This document shows positions 40,388 through 50,918 of a stretch of DNA of 56,706 bases, piece after piece. The notes beneath the pieces were generated by a model that saw only the letters and a list, made by a program, of their open reading frames with translations, ran no database searches and had not been told where the DNA came from. Numbering within the stretch: position 1 is the first letter of the stretch; each line of letters begins with the position of its first letter. This stretch comes from Phenylobacterium zucineum (GTDB lineage Bacteria; Pseudomonadota; Alphaproteobacteria; Caulobacterales; Caulobacteraceae), in contig NMUI01000056.1 in NCBI GenBank assembly GCA_002221445.1, positions 1 through 56,706 on the forward strand, given 5' to 3'. The position numbers and the translations under genes were made by a program.

Positions 40388-41424
40388 CCCTAGGTCGGGC
40401 AGGTCTGGCATTAGGCGCGGTCCTCTGCCTGGCCGCGTGTCAACCGCTGCCGTCGTCGAAGGCGATTAAACCACCCGCTGCAAAGATATGTCTGCCCAAT
40501 CGGCCAATTCCGAACGCGGCTCCTGGTACCGCAGGCATGGTTTTGATCAAGGGCGGGGAATTCCAAATGGGAGCCCGGGCCATGCGCGCCGAGGAAGGTC
40601 CACCCCGCCACATTAGGGTCGGAGACTTCTGGATGGACTCCACAGAAGTCACCAATGGCGACTTCGCCCGGTTCATCAAGGCAACTGGTTATGTCACCCA
40701 AGCCGAACGCCCCCTCGACCCCAAGGCCTATCCCGGCTTGACCGGAGCTGACCTCGAACCTTCCGCGATTGTGTTCGTAGGGTCAGCCGACAACGTCGCA
40801 GCCGGTCCAGGGGCTTGGTGGCGGGTGGTGCGGGGCGCTGAGTGGCGACACCCCCAAGGCCCTAAGAGCTCTATTGTGGGTCAAGACCAATTGCCTGTTG
40901 TCCAGATCGGCTGGGAGGATGCCATGGCCTATGCCAAATGGTTGGGTCGCGACCTGCCCACCGAAGCCGAGTGGGAGTATGCAGCTCAGGGCGGTAAGCC
41001 CGCGACCCGCTTTGTCTGGGGCGATGCGCCCCTGAATAATACCCATCCTCAGGCCAATGTCTGGCAGGGCACATTCCCAGGGTTTGATAGCGGCGATGAT
41101 GGTTACCGGGCCCGAACCGCACCCGTCGGCTGTTTTCCCGCGAACGGATTTGGTCTCTATGACATGGCCGGAAATGTCTGGGAGTGGACCCGCGACTGGT
41201 ATCGACCCAATCTTGACCCCCATGACCCCAACGGCGGACCCCAGGACAAACTTGCTTTAGACCCCGGTGATCCTGGGGTTCGCAAGCATGTGATCAAGGG
41301 CGGATCCTTCCTTTGCGCGCCCAACTACTGCTTCCGGTATCGCCCCGCAGCCCGTGAACCGGGGCCGACGGATACGGGCGAAAGTCACATCGGCTTTCGC
41401 ACCGTACTGCGCATCAAGAATTAG
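40384..41424 (+). CDS. Formylglycine-generating enzyme (SUMF1 family), probable lipoprotein
   Basis: EVTNGDF, LPTEAEWEYAA, GLYDMAGNVWEW, KGGSFLCAPNYCFRYRPAAR (both catalytic Cys), HIGFR; lipobox LAAC. Confidence 0.88.
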   Translation: MTLGRAGLALGAVLCLAACQPLPSSKAIKPPAAKICLPNRPIPNAAPGTAGMVLIKGGEFQMGARAMRAEEGPPRHIRVGDFWMDSTEVTNGDFARFIKATGYVTQAERPLDPKAYPGLTGADLEPSAIVFVGSADNVAAGPGAWWRVVRGAEWRHPQGPKSSIVGQDQLPVVQIGWEDAMAYAKWLGRDLPTEAEWEYAAQGGKPATRFVWGDAPLNNTHPQANVWQGTFPGFDSGDDGYRARTAPVGCFPANGFGLYDMAGNVWEWTRDWYRPNLDPHDPNGGPQDKLALDPGDPGVRKHVIKGGSFLCAPNYCFRYRPAAREPGPTDTGESHIGFRTVLRIKN

Positions 41425-41565
41425 AAAACCGCCTCTGGCTTGGCCTTGATATTCAATCTGGCGCGCATATCCGGCGACATTGCCGTTTGCCGAAAGGCGG
41501 CCGCATCCCAGAGGAGCTCCACCTTACCGATTCTCGGATAGGTGACCTTCCCGCAGACCTCGAAC

Positions 41566-42481
41566 TTACGGCCGAGGGCGGTCACCCGTTTTGCCGATGA
41601 GATCGTCCAATAGGGCGGCGATCTCATTGGGGCTGTCTTCCTGCAGGAAGTGCCCCCCAGGCAGGATGACATGCGGCTGACCGGCAGCTCCTGGAATGCG
41701 GGTTTTGAAAGCCGCCTCACCGCCCTTGGTTACCGGATCATTGTCACTGAAAGCGGTAATGAAGGGCTTGGTCCAGGCTTCCAACACTTTCCAGGCCGCC
41801 AGGTTTTCAGGCACAGACCCATGTTGTGGGGTAATAGGTACCAAGGTTGGAAACTGGCGAGCCCCCTCTTTGAACGACTCGTCGGGAAAGGGAGCGTCAT
41901 AGGCGGCGACTTCTTCCGGACTCAGGTCTCGTGTCGATCCCATATTGAGGAGCCCGCCAATCGGCATTTGCGGGATGGTCTGGCTGAGATTCAGCCAGGC
42001 GTCGAAACCTGCACTAGACCCCGCCCCCACCGGTAAGCCGGTATTGCCAGCGATCACCCCGGCGAATTGGTCAGGATAGGCTGCAACCAACCTTAGACCG
42101 ATCAGACCACCCCAATCCTGACAGAACATGATCGCCTTGCTGAGGTTCAGTCCCTCAAACCATTGGCTCATCCACCCCACATGGCGTTCATAAGTATAGT
42201 CCGTGCGCTTGCTGGGTTTGTCCGACCGGCCAAAGCCGATCAGGTCCGGCGCGATGGCCCGGTGGCCTTGGCCACCAGAAGCGGAATAATCTTGCGATAC
42301 AGATAGGACCAGGATGCTCGCCGTGCATCAGCAAGACCGGAACACCGTCCGCCGGACCCTCATCCACATAGGCAAGGCGGAGGCTTGTGCCGTCGGCGTC
42401 TTTGATCTCCGTGTAGCGCGGCGCGAACGGCCACTCGGGCAAGCCTTCAAACCGGTCGTCGGGCGTGCGTAGGACGTCCAT
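41566..42481 (-). CDS. Haloalkane dehalogenase (frameshifts at about 42265-42320)
   Basis: [35 protein letters not shown] (Asp nucleophile + Trp), AYDAPFP, GHFLQED. Confidence 0.87.
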
Positions 42482-42527
42482 CAATATCCCTCATCTGGTT
42501 GACTTCGCCGGGCACCCAGCGAATTAT

Positions 42528-42558
42528 ATTGACAATATGCGTGCCACTATATCGGCAC
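42528..42558 (+). promoter_or_regulatory. Sigma70-type promoter with overlapping palindromic operator (copy 2)
   Basis: ATTGACA-ATATGC-GTGCCACTATATCGGCAC upstream of the MBL-GST-TetR operon. Confidence 0.6.
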
Positions 42559-42600
42559 AAGGTCAAGATCGGCCCGTCGAACAGAGAGACTTCAAAAAGA

Positions 42601-43696
42601 ATGCGCCCCTTCCGACTCCGCCTTCTCCCTCTCATTCTCATTCTGGTTATGGCTTGCGGATCAGGGCTCTGGCTCAGTCGCGGCGAAATCGCTGCCCACC
42701 TCATGGGCCGCATCTATGAGCGCGCGCTCGGCAGCCCCCTTTCGGCGACATGCCCGATAGTCTCAGCCTCGCCCTCTGCGGTTCAGGCTCCCCCATGCCA
42801 GACCCCACCCGAGCGGGCCCATGCACAGCGGTATTGGCGGGGAAGCGGCTTTTCGTGATCGACATCGGTGACGGCGCGACCAAGAACATGTCACTCATGA
42901 ATCTTCCGCCCACCAAGGTGGAGGCGATCTTCCTGACTCATTTCCATTCCGACCACATCGGCGGCCTGGGCGAATTGATGCTGCAAAGATGGGCGGGAGG
43001 CTCAAACACCCGGCCTGTGCCAGTCTATGGCGGGCTGGGGGTGGAAAGGATCGTCGCCGGTTTCATGACCGCCTATGATCAGGATCGCGGCTTTCGTATC
43101 GCCCATCATGGCCCCGCCATCGTGCCACCCAGTGGTTTTGGCGGCACGCCTCATCCCTTCGACGCCAGACGGGACCAGCCGGACCTGATCGTCTATCAGG
43201 ATAAAGACCTCAAAGTGACCGCCTTCCCGGTGGAGCACCGACCTGTTGAACCTGCCGTCGGTTATCGTTTTGACTACAAGGGGCGTAGTCTGGTGATTAG
43301 TGGCGACACCGCCCCCTCTGCCCGGCTTGAAGCGGCCTCAAAGGGCGTTGACCTTCTGGTACATGAAGGTCTGTCACCAACCTTGTGGGTATCCAACATG
43401 CAGCGGCGGTGAAAGGCGGCAACCGGACCATAGCCGCCATCACCCATGATATCCTGAGCTATCACACCTTCCCTGAGGACGCGGCCGCCATCGCAGAGCG
43501 GGCCGGAGTTAAACAATTGCTTCTCACCCACGTCATTCCGCCCCTGCCCATGCGCGCCCTGGAGGGTCCCTTCCTCGGACGTGCCAGACAGATCTTCCAT
43601 GGCCCGGTCCAGGTGGGTCGGGACGGCGACATGATTTCCCTGCCCGTGGGAACAGCAGAGTTCAAACATTCCAATCGACTCCACACCTTCAATTGA
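42601..43696 (+). CDS. MBL-fold metallo-hydrolase, RNase Z/AtsA-like (two frameshifts)
   Basis: LCGSGSPMP, LTHFHSDHIGGL (HxHxDH), VEH.PV.PAVGYR, ISGDT, LLVHE, YHT, LTHVIP. Confidence 0.85.
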
Positions 43697-43707
43697 GGCA
43701 GACCCCT

Positions 43708-44736
43708 ATGTCCCTTCCGACCTCTCTCATGCTCATGGGCGCACCCGGATCGCCCTATACTCGCAAGATGTTGGCGGTTTTGCGCTATCGGCACATCCCT
43801 TATCGACTGCTTCTGTCCAACAGCCCGCAATTGACGACCCTGCCCCAGGCCAAGGTGCCGCTTCTGCCGACCTTTTATTTGCCAGGTCCCGACGGCGAAA
43901 TTGCCGCTGTGACGGATTCAACGCCGCTAATCCGACGTTTTGAGGCCGCCTTCACCGGGCGCAGTGTCATCCCCGCAAACCCCGTCCTTGCCTTTCTCAA
44001 TGACCTGATTGAGGACTATGCGGACGAATGGTTGACCAAGGCCATGTTCCACTACCGCTGGCACTATGCCGATGACATTTCAAAAGGCGCTAAAATCCTA
44101 CCCTGCTGGCGCGGCTTCTCCGTCCCCGATGAGGTATTGGCCGAGCGGGGTAAATTCATTTCCGAGCGGCAGATCGGTCGTCTTCGATATGTGGGATCAA
44201 ACCCGACAACGGCGCAGGTCATCGAAGCCAGCTATGTCCGGTTCCTGGGCGCGATGGAGGATCATCTGCGGTTACACCCCTATCTATTGGGAACCCGCCC
44301 GAGCGCCGCAGACTTCGCCATCTATGGGCAACTGTCCCAGCTGGCCGAGTTTGATCCGACTCCCATGGCCCTGACATTGAAAATCGCCCCCAGGGTAACC
44401 GCATGGGTCGGTATGCTGGAGGATCAATCCGGTATCGACCCCGACGATAACGGGTGGTTCGACCCAGAAGACCCGCCCCCAACCCTTTCAGCTATCCTGA
44501 TCGAGATCGGCCGGGTTTATCCGCCGGTTATGCTCGCCAATGCCCAGGCGGTCCTTAACAAGTCGGTCGAGGTTGTCGCGGAGGTGGAAGGGCGACCGTG
44601 GCGACAACAGCCCTTCCCCTATCAGGCCAAATGCTTAGGTTGGCTGAGAGAGTCTCATTCCCGTCTATCAGGCCCGGATCGGGACAAGGCAGATGCGGTA
44701 CTTTCCGGCACAGGTTGCGAGGTCATGTTTCAGTGA
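43708..44736 (+). CDS. Glutathione S-transferase family protein
   Basis: GAPGSPYTRKM, DSTPLI, EDYADEWL, YLLGTRPSAADFAIYGQL. Confidence 0.85.
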   Translation: MSLPTSLMLMGAPGSPYTRKMLAVLRYRHIPYRLLLSNSPQLTTLPQAKVPLLPTFYLPGPDGEIAAVTDSTPLIRRFEAAFTGRSVIPANPVLAFLNDLIEDYADEWLTKAMFHYRWHYADDISKGAKILPCWRGFSVPDEVLAERGKFISERQIGRLRYVGSNPTTAQVIEASYVRFLGAMEDHLRLHPYLLGTRPSAADFAIYGQLSQLAEFDPTPMALTLKIAPRVTAWVGMLEDQSGIDPDDNGWFDPEDPPPTLSAILIEIGRVYPPVMLANAQAVLNKSVEVVAEVEGRPWRQQPFPYQAKCLGWLRESHSRLSGPDRDKADAVLSGTGCEVMFQ

Positions 44737-45293
44737 GTGAATCGGACGGACGACGGCGGCGAGGTCAGGACAACCGCGCTCGAATCGTCAAGGCGATGTT
44801 GGAATTGGTTGAGGCGGGCGATGTGTCGCCTGTGGCCGACGAGGTTGCGGCTAAGGCCGATGTGGGCCTGCGGACCGTTTTCCGGCACTTTAAGGATATG
44901 GACAGTCTCTATGGCGAGATGTCCGCTGTCGTGACAACAGAAGTCCGCGCCCTTGTGGGCCGCCCCTTCATAACAACCAACTGGCAGGGCCAACTGTCAG
45001 AACTGGTGGATCGGCGGGCGACGCTGTTTGAACGCATCGCCCCATTCCGTCGCGCGTCGGAACGCCTGCGCTACCGGTCGAGATTCATCGCTGCCGAGCA
45101 GGTGCGGCTGGTTTCCACCTTGCGGGACATTCTGCGCCAAGTGATCCCCGCGGAAATGGATGCGGTCGATTTTGAGGCCCTGGACATGCTATTGAGCTAT
45201 GAAACTTGGTCGAGACTGCGCCGGGATCAGAACCTCAGTATTGACGATGCCAAAGCGGTTATCCGCCGCGGAATACTCGGCATTACAGGATGA
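44733..45293 (+). CDS. TetR/AcrR family regulator
   Basis: DGRRRRG..NRARIVKAMLEL, VAAKADVGLRTVFRHF HTH; GTG start overlapping the GST stop. Confidence 0.88.
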   Translation: MSESDGRRRRGQDNRARIVKAMLELVEAGDVSPVADEVAAKADVGLRTVFRHFKDMDSLYGEMSAVVTTEVRALVGRPFITTNWQGQLSELVDRRATLFERIAPFRRASERLRYRSRFIAAEQVRLVSTLRDILRQVIPAEMDAVDFEALDMLLSYETWSRLRRDQNLSIDDAKAVIRRGILGITG

Positions 45294-45305
45294 GGTGATT
45301 ATGCC

Positions 45306-46519
45306 ATGATAAAACCCGATGCAATCTCACAAGTCCTGGGCGGCTATGTGGACCGTGGGGAGTTTGCTGGGGCCGCGACCCTGGTTTGGCGCGAGGGCAA
45401 AATAGCCCATGCCGGGGCTTTCGGGTGGCGGGACAAAGACGCTGGGGCGCCAATCCGGCGCGATACTCTGTTTCGGATCGCCTCGATCTCTAAGCCGATC
45501 ACAGCTCTTGCGGCCATGACTCTGCTGGAAGAAGGCCGGTTCTCGCTAAACGATCCGATCAGCACCTGGGCACCAGAATTCAGCCACATGCGTGTCCTGC
45601 GCACCCCAGCGGGATCTGTAGACGACACCGTGGCGGCGGAAAGACAGATCACCTTCGAGGACCTACTGACCCATCGGGCGGGCTTGAACTATGGTGAGAC
45701 GTTCACGGGCGCGACTAAAGATGCCTATGAGCAGGCCCTGGGCGGGCATATTGACAGCCTGGTGTCACCGGATGCCTGGATCACCGGTCTGGCTGGCCTG
45801 CCGCTTATCGCCCAGCCGGGAGCTGGCTTTACCTATGGCCACGCCACCGATCTTCTGGGCCTGCTTCTTGCGCGAATAGACGATGCCCCCTCGGGGAAGT
45901 CTTGCAAAGGCGGGTCTTCACTCCCCTCGGCATGAAGGATACCGGGTTCGTCGTCCCGTCTGCACAGCGCCATCGCTGCGCGGTCATGTATGGTTTTGAT
46001 GCCAAGGGCGCGCTTATGGCGAGGCACTCTGTGCCGGGGGCCTTTCTGGACGATCGCCCGGAAGGCATGACCTTCGAATCCGGCGGCCAAGGACTTTGGT
46101 CCACGGTCGATGATCTGCTGGCCTTTGGGCGGGTCTTCATTAGGGGAGGTGCCGTCGACGGTACACGGATTATATCAGAAGACACGCTTCGTCTGATGAC
46201 CACCAACCGGCTCACGGCCACCCAGCGGGCCGAGGCGCGCTTGCTCAGTATGCCGGTCTTTGAGGCGCACGGGTTCGGTTTGGGGCTGGCCGTGGTCATG
46301 GACCCCGCCAAGGCGTCGCCCCTGCGCTGCAAGGGCGGCTTGGGAACCGTAGGCTGGCCGGGGGCCTATGGCGGCTGGTGGCAAGCCGACCCCACCGACG
46401 GATCGGTGATGGTCTTCCTGGCGCACAATTCATTCGAACTGGACCAGTTGGCCATGGGTGTCGGCCTGGGGGTCTACAGCGCGATCCTCGACTTCCACAC
46501 CCTGGGGTCAGCGACTTAA
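45306..46519 (+). CDS. Serine hydrolase, beta-lactamase family (frameshift near 45890)
   Basis: FRIASISKP (SxxK), LLTHRAGL, QPGAGFTYG, PLGMKDTGF, SGGQGLWST, WPGAYG. Confidence 0.87.
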
Positions 46520-47965
46520 TTACCGCTTTAGCTGGCCGTCCAGATATTTGCGGATCCCCGCCCCATAGGGGGGACGCATCATTTGCAAGGGGCCGATGTC
46601 TTTCCGGATCTGCGAAAAGACCGCCTTTCGGTGGCTGAATTCACGGAAGCCGTCCAGGCCGTGATAGCTGCCCATACCCGACGGACCGACTCCCCCAAAC
46701 GGCAGATCCTCCTGCACTATATGGAAGATGACGTCATTGATTGTCACTCCGCCCGCCGTCGTGCCGCTGACCACACGCGCTTGCTCCGCAGCGTCTGCTC
46801 CAAAATAGTAGAGGCCCAGGGGGCGGTCATGGGCGTTGATATAATCCACGGCCTGATCGACGGTGTCATAGGTCTTGACCGGCAGCAGGGGACCAAAGAT
46901 TTCGTCCTGCATGACCTTCATGTCATCGGTCGGGTCCAGGATCAGGGTCGGGGGAATCCGGCGATGTTCCTGTTGGCTGAAGTCTTCGCCCTCAGGCTTC
47001 AGCTCGATAATGCGTGCGCCCTTGGCCCGGGCATCATCAACATAGCCAGTAAGCCGATCATAGTGACGCTGGGCAATAATAGCGGTGTAATCCGGATTGT
47101 CCTTGAGGGTTGGGAACATCCTAGACACCGAATTCTGCGCTGCGGCGACAAATCCCTCCACCTGATCCTTCGGGGCAAAAAGATAGTCCGGTGCCAGGCA
47201 GATCTGCCCGGCGTTTAGGGTCTTGCCCGCCATGACCCGGGCCGCAACCACCGTCATATCCGCAGAACGACCGACAATCACGGGGCTCTTGCCACCCAGT
47301 TCCAGCGTGAGCGGCACAAGATTCTCCGCTGCCGCCCGCATCACATGTCGGGCGATGGAGGTGGCTCCGGTGAAGATCAGATGATCAAACGCCAGGCCCG
47401 CAAAAGCCTGTCCGACTTCAGGGCCGCCGGTCACCACCGCAATTTCGTCTTCGGAAAAGGCCCCACCGAACATTTGCGCCATCAAGGCTGAGGTGGTCGG
47501 GGTAAATTCAGAGGGCTTAATCATCGCGCGGTTGCCCGCTGCCAGAATGCCAGCCAGGGGGGCGAAGGTCAGATTGATCGGGAAGTTCCACGGACTGATA
47601 ACCCCCACCACACCCTTCGGTTGATAACGCACCTCGGCCTTGGCCCCGAACAGGCCGAGAATGGCCGGTGTCGTCTTGCGCTTTTCCGTCTTCATCCAGG
47701 TGTGAAGGTTTGCCTTGGCGTGCTTTAGGGGCCCAATCGAGGCGGCAATATCGGTGAAGGCCGTGGTGTCCCGAGAGCGGGCTCCAAAATCCTCATTGAG
47801 CGCATCCTCAATCGCCCGCCGATGATCAATGAGCAGGCTGATACAGCGATCCAGCCGGTCAATGCGTTTCTCCGGGCTTGGTGGGCCATCCCGAAGGTGT
47901 GCGGCTTTTTGCTTGGCCAGGAGGGCGAGCATTGAAGGGGCGACGGCGTCGGATTTGGTGTTCAT
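46520..47965 (-). CDS. calB: Coniferyl aldehyde dehydrogenase-type ALDH
   Basis: YQPKGVVGVISPWNFP, KPSEFTP, FTG, TLELGGKSP, NAGQICLAPDY, EIFGP, PFGGVGPSGMGSYHG. Confidence 0.85.
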   Translation of the reverse strand: MNTKSDAVAPSMLALLAKQKAAHLRDGPPSPEKRIDRLDRCISLLIDHRRAIEDALNEDFGARSRDTTAFTDIAASIGPLKHAKANLHTWMKTEKRKTTPAILGLFGAKAEVRYQPKGVVGVISPWNFPINLTFAPLAGILAAGNRAMIKPSEFTPTTSALMAQMFGGAFSEDEIAVVTGGPEVGQAFAGLAFDHLIFTGATSIARHVMRAAAENLVPLTLELGGKSPVIVGRSADMTVVAARVMAGKTLNAGQICLAPDYLFAPKDQVEGFVAAAQNSVSRMFPTLKDNPDYTAIIAQRHYDRLTGYVDDARAKGARIIELKPEGEDFSQQEHRRIPPTLILDPTDDMKVMQDEIFGPLLPVKTYDTVDQAVDYINAHDRPLGLYYFGADAAEQARVVSGTTAGGVTINDVIFHIVQEDLPFGGVGPSGMGSYHGLDGFREFSHRKAVFSQIRKDIGPLQMMRPPYGAGIRKYLDGQLKR

Positions 47966-48746
47966 TTTGGTCTCCATGTGTCGGCCGCAAAACCTGGCCA
48001 AAGAAGGCCACAACGGCCAGTTGGGCGGATTTGGCCGCCACAGGATCAAATTGCATAAGCACCGCCCCACCCTGCCCCTTGTGAGCAAAAGGGTCGTTGA
48101 TGGTTTGGGGCGGCAAGTCCCGATCAAAGCCATGACAGGCCCCAGGATAGGTCACAGCCATAATGGCCGAGCGTGAGGCCTGCGGCAGACGGGTCAGCAG
48201 CTGATCCAGACCGTCCGGGTCATCATACCCATCGGCATCCCCGCATTGGATCAGGATGGGGGCACCGGTGAGATTGCTAAGCGACAGCCCCGGAACCACC
48301 TCATAGGCCCAAACCACCGGATAGTTAGCGACATGGGCGCGAAAAGGGGTCGCATCGTGGCGCTTGACGGCATCCCGAGTCGCACTCAACAAGGTCACAA
48401 CACCCCCCCATGAGAAACCCATAATACCGATATAGCTTGGATTGACCTCTGGTTGGGCCGCAAGGAACGCCTTAGCCGAGAAGGCGTCATCGAGGGTTTC
48501 CAAAGGTGTTCGTGGACGTGCGGCTGCGCCCCTGAGCATACCCCGCGCCGACCACATATCCACTTCCAGGGTGACAATGCCCGCCGCGTTCAGAGACTGC
48601 CGATAATACTCCCCGCGCCCATCGACGCCATCCGATCCGTGGCAGATCAAAACCGCCGGGGCCGGCATCGCCCCTTCCGGAAGGCATAGTTTACCCGCGA
48701 GGTTGAAGCCTGCCGCCGTTGAGAATGCGACATAGCAGGTACGCAT
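47962..48746 (-). CDS. Dienelactone hydrolase-family alpha/beta hydrolase (probable C-terminal frameshift)
   Basis: ICHGSDG, IGIMGFSWGG (GxSxG), GDADGYD, YPGACHGFD. One extra T gives a stop overlapping the calB ATG. Confidence 0.8.
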
Positions 48747-48749
48747 GAA

Positions 48750-49361
48750 TCAGGACCTTTGATCCGTCGCTATCCAGGACGAGCGCTTGGCCAGTTCCGC
48801 ATAAAAGGCCGCCAGTCTGGGGTGGGTTTGGCGCCAGTCCAGCTCAGCAAAGCGGAAATCCAGGTAGCCGAGGGCACAGCCCAGGGCAATATCAGCGATG
48901 GTCAGATCATCGCCGGCTGTGAGCGCACCCGCTTCAAAAGTTGTCAGCCCTCTCACCACCTTGTCCATCTGTCCCGTTTCCCAAGCCGACCAACGCAGGG
49001 GCTCGGGGCGGAGCGCCGCCTCGTACCGAGCCAGCAAGGCGGCATCGGCCATGCCATCGGCCTGAGCTTGGGCCGTAAGCACCGTCCAGCGCTCAGCACC
49101 GGATCTGGGGGCGAGGCTGCGATCCGTCAGGCTGTCGAAATAATCGACAATGACCCGGCTGTCGAAAATCGCTTCACCATTCGCCAGGACGAGGGTCGGG
49201 ATCTTGCCGAGGGGATTGGCCGCCGCCACATCGGGATTCACACCCACCGGGCTAACCGAAACCGCCACCGGGTTGATCTGGGTCGCCAGCCCCAATTCAT
49301 GGGCCGCAACCAGAACCTTTCGCGCAAAGGGCGAAGGACCGGCATAGTAAAGGGTCATCAT
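48750..49361 (-). CDS. Glutathione S-transferase
   Basis: SPFARKV, NPLGKIPTL, FDSRVI, TIADIALGCALGYLDFRF. Confidence 0.9.
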   Translation of the reverse strand: MMTLYYAGPSPFARKVLVAAHELGLATQINPVAVSVSPVGVNPDVAAANPLGKIPTLVLANGEAIFDSRVIVDYFDSLTDRSLAPRSGAERWTVLTAQAQADGMADAALLARYEAALRPEPLRWSAWETGQMDKVVRGLTTFEAGALTAGDDLTIADIALGCALGYLDFRFAELDWRQTHPRLAAFYAELAKRSSWIATDQRS

Positions 49362-49518
49362 AGCGGCCTTAAATCCTCACCTCAAGTTTGATGCGACGGA
49401 ATCGGGATCACTCGCACTCTTCTGAAACCGTCATTGTGCGTGAGAACTCCACCCGCCTCAACCGGATCGTCTATCCCCATGTCACCGACCTTGGTCAGAT
49501 GATTGAGTCCGGATCAGG

Positions 49519-50794
49519 TTACAAGCAAACCGCATGGATCTCCCGGCGGATTAGTACAGACGCAAGGGCAGCGATAAAGGCAGTGAGACCGGCCAGCACA
49601 AAGGCCTCAACATATTGCCCCTGCATGGCCCTTAAGACTCCAGCGGTCACGGCAGCGGTCGCCGCCCCCGCCTGATGCCCCGCCGCGATCCAACCGAAAA
49701 CGATGGGGCCATCCCGGTCGCCGAAAGCTTCCGTAGCAAGACGGACTGTGGGCGGGACGGTCGCGATCCAATCGAGACCATAGAACACGGCAAAGAAACT
49801 CAAGGATACCAAGCTGAAATCCGTGAAGGGTAGGACGATCAGCGAGAGCCCCCTTAACCCGTAATAGACGAACAGCAGTTTGCGGGGATCATATCGATCC
49901 GTCAGCCAGCCTGAAGCCGTTGTGCCGATCAGATCAAAGACCCCCATCACCGCCAGAAGACCGGCCGCCGATGTTTCACTCATGCCGTGATCGCCGCACA
50001 GGGCAATCATATGGGTCCCAACCAGACCATTGGTGGTGAGGCCGCACACAAAAATCCGGTAGTGAGCAGCCAGAAGGTTCGGGTCTTGGCCGCCCGCGCC
50101 AGAGCGGCAAAGGCGTTGCCGATAGCGCTGTTGGGGGGCGGTGGCGGTGGGACATAGTCCTCCGGCGCGCCATAAGGCCGCAATCCGATCGCGGCCGGTG
50201 TTTCGGGGAGTATAAGCCACATTAATGGGCCAAAATTCCTGTTAACATTGAAATGCCTATGGCCACAGGCTTCCATCCACCATGTTCGGCCACGGCCGCC
50301 ATGGCCGGTAGAAAGATCAAGGTTCCAGTCGCCGTGGAAGCGGTCAGCAGGCCAAGGATCAGGCCTCGCCGGGCGACAAACCAACGGTTCACCACTGTGG
50401 CCCCCAGCACCATGGCGACGACGCCGGTTCCAAACCCGGCCATGACCCCCCAAGTGGCTATGTACTGCCAAGCCTCAGTCATGAAGACCGACAGACCTGT
50501 GGCGACCGCCATCAGGGTCAAGGCGAGAGTCACCATGCGTCGGACCCCGAAGGTCTGCATCATGGCGGCCGCAAAGGGGCCCGTCAGACCGTAGAGCAAT
50601 ATGCCAATGCCCGCAGCCATAGAGACCGTCGGGCGGCCCCATCCGAAGGCCTTTTCCAACGGCAGCATGAGGACGCCGGGCGCGGACCTCAATCCCGCAG
50701 ACGCCAGCATGGCCAGGAACACCGCCCCGGCAACGACGAAGGCGTAGTTCTGCCCGAGGGGGTGGCGGGTGCCTGTTTTTACGTCATCAACCAT
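49519..50794 (-). CDS. MFS transporter (two frameshifts)
   Basis: GLRSAPGVLMLPLE..FGW, VVNRWF..RRGL, CGLTTNGLVGTH, GWLTDRYDPR, FYGLDWIATVPPT. Confidence 0.87.
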
Positions 50795-50918
50795 CGGGGG
50801 GCGGGTCCTGATTACGCGCTGGGGTTTCGCCTTAACCTGAACAGGCCCTCTCTGAAAGGTCGGCCTTGCCGCCGGTGAAACCCCTCTCTAGCCTGGACGC
50901 GAAATCAGGGAGCGATTT

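Noticed and set aside
41421-41565. Possible gene remnant between FGE and the dehalogenase
   Set aside because: Protein-like 48-codon tail with no independent start or recognisable family.
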